Shown here in pieces: positions 56,020 through 64,000 of a stretch of DNA of 64,000 bases. Every line of letters starts with the position of its first letter. The stretch's first letter is position 1. Position numbers and translations under genes: made by a program. Source of the stretch: Cyanidioschyzon merolae (Eukaryota). Location: the NCBI GenBank assembly GCA_000091205.1, contig AP006490.2; one strand, 5' to 3'. The notes under the pieces are model-generated. The model ran no database searches. It had not been told where the DNA came from and was given only the letters and a program-made list of their open reading frames with translations.

Positions 56020-57366
56020 AACAGGACCCGCACGCACCGCAGTTTGAAAGTCGAACGACGGCGGTGTACAGTAGCGGCGAACGATGCGCCCTAGACGACG
56101 TCTCCAACTGAGGTGCAGACGCCTCCCGGCCTTTTTGGACCGGCCACCCGCTACTGCTTCCAACTTTTTCTCAAATAATTCCACTTTGGGAGGTTGTCCA
56201 ATAACGTTCTCTCGTGGCAACTCTGGAGGTCTGCTCTCGAGCACCGCACATGTCGTTATCTTGATAGCGGCGTTAAAGTCTCGGTTCACAAACTCCATAC
56301 GTTCCGTGCCATCATTGGTTGTACTTACTAATGCAAGCAGTCCCCGAACTTTCGCCCTCCTTTCCATTTGCGCTTCCGTCAGCGGTCCGTACTTTGCTAT
56401 TCCCTCAGGGCTGCTCCGACACTTTTCTATCTCGACACTTTGAAGTGTACACCCCAGTTCATGGTGTGTATACGATGTTCGGAACTCATCTATCGATATC
56501 GTAACAAAACGTCGTGCACACTCTATGTACGTTCTCGTCGTTAGAGCTGGTGTACACCTTTTTTGGGTCTTCCAGCGCCCTGATCCGTACGCTACTACCA
56601 GCCTTTGGCTCTCGTCCTCCTTCAGGGCGTTCAACTCATTGAAAAAGTTCGCGAGCACGCGCTGCCTCCCACCGTATAGACTCATTCGCAGACGAGCCCA
56701 CCGGGGCTTTGTATACTCCTCCCGTAGCGCCTCCCGATGAGGAACACGAACTTCCATGACTTTCCGAGAAGCTTGAAAGTGTGCTCCGCGGCCCGTCACC
56801 TCGCTCAAAGCTTCCAGGTGATCCTTCATTCCTGCATCCCATGCAGGAATTTTCTTCCTCGCATTCATGACTCCCGATTCTCGATAGTATCTTGCTCTCG
56901 GGAACCTCAAAAGACGCATGTCTTTCTGACGCAAGGAACCGTCAGTACTATCTTCCGCACGCTACGCTGCGCGATGGTTATGATACTCGTATTCTCAGGG
57001 TCCGCGCCAACGACAAAGCCGTTATCTTGCACTTTCTGCACCGCAGGATCCGCCTCCTTCTCATCTTCATGCTGCACCACGTCAACGACAAAGTCGTTAT
57101 CCTGCACTTTCTGCGTCGCGGTACCCGCCTCCTTCTCATCTTCTTGCTGCGCCACGTCAACGACAAAGTAGTTATCCTGCACTTCCTGTGTGGCAGGATC
57201 CGCCTCTTTGTTTTCTGCATCCTTCGTCACGGGCGGAGCCGAGGGCGGAACTGGCCGATCTGTCTTCAACCGCCGATAGTGTACACACAAGGCTACTCCA
57301 TCGGTTTCGATCATCCCAGTGAACAACTTTTGTTTGCTGACTTTGAGCCGTTCGAAACTGAAGATA
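56020..57366 (-). pseudogene. Fanzor/TnpB-like nuclease element, copy B (5'-truncated; 3' boundary approximate)
   Basis: Encodes from '[22 protein letters not shown]' through RuvC-I 'VVGADPENTSIITIA', 'LVVAYGSGRWK', Zn finger and 'FVNRDFNAAIKI'; no stop before downstream LEA-like ORF. Confidence 0.55.
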
Positions 57367-58570
57367 TTCTTCGTTGGGATGATCGAAACCGATGGAGCAG
57401 CCTTGTGTGTACACTATCGGCGGTTTCAGGCGGATCATCCAGCTCCGTCTTCGACTTCGCCGGGACGGAGCATGAAGCGAAGAAAGAGGCGGATCGTGCC
57501 ACGCAGAAAGTGCAGGATAAAGAATTTCCCATTGACGCTACGAAGCATGAAGATGAGATGGAGGCGGATACCGCGACGCAGGAGATGCAGGATAACGACT
57601 TTGTCGTTGGCGCGGACCCTTGGAACACGAATATCATTGGCATGGCTGTACCCAAGCGTGCGGAAGATGGTATCAACGACAGCCCATTTCAGAGAGACAT
57701 GCGTCTGTTGAGATTCTCGAGAGCAAGATACTACCTAGAATTGGGAATCATGAATGCAAGGAAGGAAATTGAGGCATGGAATGCGGAAGTGAAAGAGCAT
57801 CAGGAAGCTTTGAGCGAGGTGACAAGCCGAGGAGCGGGCTTTCAAGCTTTTCTGAAATTCATGGAAGTTCGCATTGCGCACTGGGATGCATTGTGGGAGG
57901 AGTATACAAAGCCCCGGTGGGCTCGTTTGCAAATGAATCTATACGTTGGGAAGCAGCGGGCCTTCGCGAGTTTTTTCAATCAGTTGAGTGCCCTGAAGGA
58001 GGATGAAAATCAGAGGCTCGTAGTAGCGTATAGAGCAGGGCGCTGGGCGCCCAAGAAAGGCACTACGCCAGCTCCAACGACGGGGGCGTACAAGGAGTGC
58101 GCACGGCGTTTCGTCGCGATACCGATAGATGAGTTCCGTTCGTCCTATACACTCCATGAACTGGGGTGTACACTTCAGAGAGTGGAGATGGAAAAGTGCC
58201 AACGGAGCCCTGAGGAAATAGCAAAGTACGGACCTCTGACGGAAGAGCAAATGGAAAGGAGGGCGAAACTTCGGGGGCTACTTGCATTAGTAAGTACAAC
58301 CAGTGATGGCAAGGAACGTATGGAGTTTTTAAACCGAGACTTTAACGTCGCTATCAATTTAAGGAGATGTGCGGTGCTGGAGACGAGACCTCCAGAGCTG
58401 ACAAGAGAGAACTTTGTTGGACAACCGCCCAAAGTAGAACTATATGAGAAAATATGGAATCAGTAGTAGGTGGCCGGTCCAAAAAGGCTGGGAGGCGTCT
58501 GCACGTCAGTGGGAGATGTTTCGTCTAGGGCGCGTGCTTCGCCACTATTGTACACCGTTGGCGTCGTTCG
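57366..58570 (+). pseudogene. Fanzor/TnpB-like nuclease element, copy C (5'-truncated; 3' boundary approximate)
   Basis: '[17 protein letters not shown]' ... 'VVGADPWNTNIIGMA' ... 'LVVAYRAGRWA' ... 'EFLNRDFNVAINLR'; stop at 58466. Confidence 0.55.
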
Positions 58571-58605
58571 AGTGCGAAAGGTGTTCCCTTAGCGTCGCAG
58601 TGACA

Positions 58606-58899
58606 ATGTCTTCTGGGTCGCAGGATACCTCTTCTGGTCAATCAGTTCTCAAAGATGCCGAGGCGAAGGTAGGCAGTGCATGGGAATCCACGAAGGAGTC
58701 AGTTTCTGAAGCGTTCACTTCGGCCAAGGAGACTATCTCTGACAAGTATCGTGATCTCACCGGCCAAAAGTCCGCGCAGGAGAAAGCCCAAGACAAGGCG
58801 AGCGAGGCGGTGGATCACCTAAAGGAAACCGGTCAGTCCGCGAAGGAGAGTTTGCAGCACGCTGCAGATGCAGCCTCGGAAAAGTTAAAGGACGGCTAA
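58606..58899 (+). CDS. small hydrophilic LEA/CsbD-like protein (97 aa)
   Basis: ATG at 58606; about 80% identical to 55621-55914 product. Confidence 0.5.
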   Translation: MSSGSQDTSSGQSVLKDAEAKVGSAWESTKESVSEAFTSAKETISDKYRDLTGQKSAQEKAQDKASEAVDHLKETGQSAKESLQHAADAASEKLKDG

Positions 58900-59417
58900 C
58901 GGAGAGAGCGTAGAAAGACTTGAGTGAAGGATGCACGGAAGTAAAACAGGAAGGATACGACCTATGGACAGCGAGTGAGTGATCGTCCGTGCGTTGATGC
59001 GTAGCCTCGATGCCTATAAAGTGATGTTTTGCGAACGATTTTTAGCCGCCATGGTACTTGCACACGCGTCCCGCTCCGGGGCCGACCCGCAGCCCACACC
59101 TGTACCTATGCCTGTACCTGCTTTCCTGTCCACGCCCGCGTCTGTGTGAGTGCTATACGGCGCTGTTCTGCCAGTTGCGCGTCATGCCGACACCCAAACA
59201 ATGCGCAAACGTATAGCGCTTATAGAGAGATAGTTGTTCCGCGGGGCGAGCGCCCGCAATCGCAGTCGAGGGCACAATCGACTCGATCGCTGCCGCACGG
59301 GGCGCGACGCATCGCACGCTGTGGTGCAGCGCAGCGCGTACCGGCCTCTGGAAGCAAGTTGTGCGCAGCAGCGATCTGAGGCCTTTATCCATCGGTGCAG
59401 CGTCTCGCGCGGTGCAC

Positions 59418-62120
59418 GCATCGCGCTCGGTGAGCGTACCCGGGAGATCAGGCAGATATGAGACACGACGCGCATGTCGCCGCTGAAGGGAAACGCGATC
59501 CTGACCATTCGTTGACGTGTTGTTCTAACGTAAAACTTGTATTTGCATTGGAATCGTAACAGAATATATTGTTTCATCTCAGTCGTGTTTCAACCTTCAA
59601 GTAAAAATACTCGAGCGCTTTTTCGCGGTTTAGAGCAGAGACGTTAATAGTGCGTTCTAAATCAAAAAAAAAAAACTAAAAAAGGAAAGTTCTGGACAGC
59701 GAAGTGGAGGACCCTGGAGGGTCAGTATCGCTGGCAGGCGAGAAAAAAGGAGCAAAAGAGCCAAACATAGAAGAACGAGACAAGACGAAGAAGCAGACGG
59801 GGGAGGTCCTACGTCAATGGCTGCAAGAAAGACGACAGTACGACGAGATGGAGGTGAAAACCTGTCTTCTCGGCTATAGCAAGGATTCGTAGAAGAAAAA
59901 ATTGCGAGAGTCCATCAGAAACTGTGACGAGTCGGACTCCATGAGTTTTCGTAAGACTTCTTTAGGAATGATGCATCTAGCGAGGGAGATGTATCGCGAC
60001 GTGACGCACATGGAAACAGTCGATGTTCCAGAAAAATTTTGCAACAGGAACTTTATTCTTCACCTGATGCTTGGTACAGGGGAAACATCGAGGAGAAATG
60101 AGCGGGTTCACGCCCTCCACGAAAACTTCGCGGAATTCCGCTTCGAGGGTACTCGGTACAGAGGTGACTCGAATATTTACATATACGGGGCGATGAAGTA
60201 CCTCACGAATCTGAAGAACCATTTGACAGTGAACCTTGAACGTTTCATGAGACGCTCGGTGTTTGCACTCTACCGGGGCATCTCTCGCACAGGAATACGG
60301 GCGATTACCAATGGCATCACCAACGAGCACCAGAATGAAGATGAAGTCGAATTTGTCGACAAGAAGGCGTCAAACGAGCGCACGAATGAAGCCTCTGTAA
60401 TCCGTGCGGTTATACAAGAGCGCCGTGCAATCTTGGGGTTGGCGGATCCAATAGACAAGATACCAGAGTTGAAAAAAAATATAAGGAAAGACACTATCGC
60501 CTCATCCTGCGATATTTCGTGTTTTTGCACCGAGAGCCCGAACGCAGTGCGCAGATGAAGCCGAGTGAGGAAAAAATATGAAGAGTGGGAGAGACGGAAA
60601 GCTTTCCTAATGGGGAAGCGCTTCAACGTCGTTCCAATGTGCAGCATCAAGTCACATTTTGTGACTGTCGACCCAACGTACGTTACAGCAAATTGAAGGA
60701 GATCTGTCCGGAGTTCAATGTAAGGAAGACAGAGTTCGCCGGTGAAAACCGGGAGACGTACTGGAAGAACATCTTCAATTTCAAACGGCTCAAAGTCAGC
60801 AAACAAAAGTTGTTCACTGGGATGATCGAAACCGATGGAGTAGCCTTGTGTGTACACTATCGGCGGTTGAAGACAGATCGGCCAGTTCCGCCCTCGGCTC
60901 CGCCCGTGACGAAGGATGCAGAAAACAAAGAGGCGGATCCTGCCACACAGGAAGTGCAGGATAACGACCTTGTCTTGACGTGGAGCAGCATGAAGATGAG
61001 AAGGAGGCGGATACCGCGACGCAGAAAGTGCAGGATAACGACTTTGTCGTTGACGTGGTGCAGCATGAAGATGAGAAGGAGGCGGATCCTGCGGTGCAGA
61101 AAGTGCAAGATAACGGCTTTGTTGCTGGCGCGGACCCCGGGAATACGAATATCATCACCATCGCAGCACCGAGGCGTGCGGAAGATGGTACTGACGGTTC
61201 CTTGCGTCAGAAAGACATGGGTCTTTTGAGGTTCCGGAGAGCAAGATACTATCGAGAATCGGGAGTCATGAATGCGAGGAAGAAAATTCCTGCATGGGAT
61301 GCAGGAATGAAGGATCACCTGGAAGCTTTGAGCGAGGTGACGGGCCGCGGAGCACACTTTCAAGCTTCTCGGAAAGTCATGGAAGTTCGTGTTCCTCATC
61401 GGGAGGCGCTACGGGAGGAGTATACAAAGCCCCGGTGGGCTCGTCTGCGAATGAGTCTATACGGTGGGAGGCAGCGCGTGCTCGCGAACTTTTTCAATGA
61501 GTTGAACGCCCTGAAGGAGGACGAGAGCCAAAGGCTGGTAGTAGCGTACGGATCAGGGCGCTGGAAGACCCAAAAAAGGTGTACACCAGCTCTAACGACG
61601 AGAACGTACATAGAGTGTGCACGACGTTTTGTTACGATATCGATAGATGAGTTCCGAACATCGTATACACACCATGAACTGGGGTGTACACTTCAAAGTG
61701 TCGAGATAGAAAAGTGCCAGAGCAGCCCTGAGGGAATAGCAAAGTACGGACCGCTGACGGAAGCGCAAATGGAAAGGAGGGCGAAAGTTCGGGGACTGCT
61801 TGCATTAGTAAGTACAACCAATGATGGCACGGAACGTATGGAGTTTGTGAACCGAGACTTTAACGCCGCTATCAAGATAACGACATGTGCGGTGCTCGAG
61901 AGCAGACCTCCAGAGTTGCCACGAGAGAACGTTATTGGACAACCTCCCAAAGTGGAGTTATTTGAGAAAAAGTTGGAGGCAGTAGCGGGTGGCCGGTCCA
62001 AAAAGGCCGGGAGGCGTCTGCACCTCAGTTGGAGACGTCGTCTAGGGCGCATCGTTCGCCGCTACTGAACCACTGGCGGCAGCGTTTTTCTTTTGAAAAG
62101 CGTTTGCTGCTCGGGGTGCT
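59418..62120 (+). mobile_element. Fanzor/TnpB-like element, copy D, about 2.7 kb
   Basis: Both ends align with copy A; right end 12 bp upstream of the CysRS ATG. Confidence 0.6.
59704..62068 (+). pseudogene. Fanzor/TnpB-like RuvC nuclease gene, copy D (at least 3 frameshifts/stops; GTG at 59704 in ORF track)
   Basis: Fragments 59704-59892, 59902-60558, 60585-61229, 60980-62068 are co-linear with copy A; retains '[16 protein letters not shown]', 'LVVAYGSGRWK', 'FVNRDFNAAIKI'; 1-nt deletion near 60975 and homopolymer indel near 60480. Confidence 0.6.
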
Positions 62121-62132
62121 AGCGTTCCTGAA

Positions 62133-64000
62133 ATGGAACCGAAACCTACTGTGTTCAACTCTTTAACTCGTGAAAAGGAGCAGATTACCCTTTCATCGGA
62201 TCGCAGCTTTCTGAGCTGGTATATCTGCGGACCAACGGTCTACGATGCCGCACACGTGGGGCACGCGCGGAACTACGTCTCTTTCGACATCGTTCGACGC
62301 TTGCTCGTTGATTATTTCGGCATACCGGTACTTTATCAAATGAACATAACGGATGTTGACGATAAAATCATTCAAAAGTCGTTTGATTCTGGGGAGAGCT
62401 TCACAAACATAGCGCGTCGGTTCGAGGCGGACTTTTTCGACGACCTGGAAGCGCTGCACTGCCTGCCACCGGACGTTGTTACCCGAGTGACCGAGTACAT
62501 TCCTGAGATAACGGCATATGTTCGCAAACTTATGGAACGTGGATATGCCTACGAGGCGGCCTCTGGTTCCGTCTACTTTGACGTGGAAGCGTTTGAGCGA
62601 AGTGGACGACACCGTTTTGGGAAGCTCAGGCCTGCCGCTGCCGCAGCAGCAACGAGCGTTGAGACCCGACCGCATGCGGGTGCAAACGGGGTCGATCCTC
62701 CCAGCCTTGAGCAGCTCTCTGTCCAGGAAGAAAAACGGAACCCTCGAGACGCTGCTCTGTGGAAAGCCTCCAAGTCAGCAATGGAGCCAGGTTGGGAAAG
62801 TAACGGTCTAGCGCGGGGGCGTCCCGGCTGGCACATTGAATGTGCGGTCATGGCGTCGCTGGTCAGCTGTGCGGGTACGACACACTTGGATATTCACACC
62901 GGTGGTATCGATCTCGAGTTTCCGCATCATGACAATGAGATCGCGGAAGCGGAAGCGTACTTCGAGACCGACCTGTGGTCACGCTACTTTCTCCATTCGG
63001 GGCATTTGAATATTGAGGGCCTCAAAATGTCCAAATCGCTGAAAAATTTCATTACCATTCGTGAAGTTCTCCGTCGATGGAATTGGCGCCAACTACGTGT
63101 TCTGTTTCTCATGCACCATTACCAGACGACCATGAACTATTCTGAAGAGAGCATGACACATGCGGCAGCAGTCGAAAGGACCATCCAGGAATTTATGCGT
63201 TCTACAGAGGCAGAGCTGCGGGCGCACTTGCCCGAGGAACGCCATCGGAAGCCCACAAAAGTCGATCTAGAGCTCTTATACCAGGTACTGCCTGCAACTG
63301 AGGCCACTGTTCGTGCCCACCTGAGCGACAACTTCAACACACAGGACGCGTTGCAGGACTTGCTTACACTGATTCGCACGGTGAATCTCCATCGGCATGA
63401 AACACCGGGGGGCGTTGGATACGCCACTCTACATCACATACGCAGCTCCGTCGGTCGTATACTATCTTGTTTCGGTCTTGACTACGACGTCAAGGATGAT
63501 GTCGCGTCCCAGGGCGGAGCTGCACTGGCCTCCGTCGAACCGTGGATTCAGGGGGCCGTGCGCCTCCGCGACCAGATTCGCGAAGTTGTACTTTCGGCGG
63601 ATGCAAATACTGACGCGAACGCCCTCAAAGAAAGTATTCTTGCGGTGTGCGACGAGTTTCGGGATGCGGTATTACCGCCTCTGGGGGTACGGCTCGAGGA
63701 TCGGACGTATCCGAAACCAGCAATCTGGAAATACGATGATCCTGCGGCTATTCAGGCGGACATCGAGCAGCGGCGGCAAGCCGAAGCTGCGCGAGCAGCG
63801 GAGAAAGAGGCCCGTCGTAGAGAAGCGGAACAGCGGCTCTTGAAAGAGCTCGAACAAGGTCGCACGCATCCTAGTCAAATGTTCCTGGACCCGAGTCTCT
63901 ATTCCCAATGGCGAGAGGACGGCATTCCGACGCATGACGCCGAGGGTCGCGAACTCGAAAAATCTCGCGTGAAGCGACTCTTGAAAGAGCAACAGCGTCA
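62133..64000 (+). CDS. CARS: cysteine--tRNA ligase (CysRS), 3'-partial, runs off window
   Basis: My own translation from ATG 62133: 'SWYICGPTVYDAAHVGHARNYVSFDIVRRLL' (HIGH-type) and 'LKMSKSLKNF' (KMSKS); ORF absent from track because no stop inside window. Confidence 0.9.
   Translation, partial: MEPKPTVFNSLTREKEQITLSSDRSFLSWYICGPTVYDAAHVGHARNYVSFDIVRRLLVDYFGIPVLYQMNITDVDDKIIQKSFDSGESFTNIARRFEADFFDDLEALHCLPPDVVTRVTEYIPEITAYVRKLMERGYAYEAASGSVYFDVEAFERSGRHRFGKLRPAAAAAATSVETRPHAGANGVDPPSLEQLSVQEEKRNPRDAALWKASKSAMEPGWESNGLARGRPGWHIECAVMASLVSCAGTTHLDIHTGGIDLEFPHHDNEIAEAEAYFETDLWSRYFLHSGHLNIEGLKMSKSLKNFITIREVLRRWNWRQLRVLFLMHHYQTTMNYSEESMTHAAAVERTIQEFMRSTEAELRAHLPEERHRKPTKVDLELLYQVLPATEATVRAHLSDNFNTQDALQDLLTLIRTVNLHRHETPGGVGYATLHHIRSSVGRILSCFGLDYDVKDDVASQGGAALASVEPWIQGAVRLRDQIREVVLSADANTDANALKESILAVCDEFRDAVLPPLGVRLEDRTYPKPAIWKYDDPAAIQADIEQRRQAEAARAAEKEARRREAEQRLLKELEQGRTHPSQMFLDPSLYSQWREDGIPTHDAEGRELEKSRVKRLLKEQQR

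Larger units (their letters stand above)
55205..59262. repeat. about 4-kb palindromic (inverted) duplication, symmetry axis near 57366
   Basis: 55205-57366 is the diverged reverse complement of 57366-59262; each arm carries flank, LEA/CsbD-like gene and a 5'-truncated Fanzor-like copy; axis falls in short inverted repeat GAAGA-TAT-TCTTC. Confidence 0.75.

Noticed and set aside
55621-56934. 437-aa ORF fusing Fanzor-like C-terminus with the LEA-like protein
   Set aside because: Read-through of a pseudogene remnant into the downstream gene; the plus-arm paralog has a stop and a separate ATG.

Overview
GC-rich, very compact eukaryotic nuclear DNA. Protein genes look intron-free, lie on alternating strands about every 2-3 kb, and many have mitochondrial-type presequences. 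Recognisable genes include four translation-initiation factors side by side (eIF5, eIF3L, eIF3A, eIF2-beta), followed by SURF1, a DEP/DUF547 protein, RPL14e, mito-RPS15, a GTPBP1-like GTPase, RPL5, two Nudix hydrolases, a USP-type deubiquitinase, an SLC25 carrier, an FKBP, an ADO/PCO-type thiol dioxygenase, an EEP/neutral-sphingomyelinase-like protein and the 5' part of Cys-tRNA synthetase.

The most striking content is a family of about 2.7-kb elements encoding a roughly 700-aa TnpB/Fanzor-like RuvC nuclease. It carries a RuvC-I motif '[13 protein letters not shown]', a degenerate zinc finger and the diagnostic RuvC-III motif 'NRDxNAAINI'. There are six loci in 64 kb: two full-length but disrupted copies, two 5'-truncated copies joined head-to-head in a ~4-kb palindrome, a 3' fragment and an old relic. 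Each has a nucleotide-conserved 3' end that outlasts the variable ORF end, which makes it a candidate omegaRNA/right-end module.

Also present are a tRNA-Phe(GAA) gene split by two introns, one at a non-canonical D-arm position, and a near-identical ~790-bp dispersed repeat pair. Intron-free genes plus the multiply split tRNA are reminiscent of cyanidialean red algae, but organism identity is inference only.

All coordinates are by-eye; I moved ORF-track starts to the first ATG where the track began at TTG or GTG.
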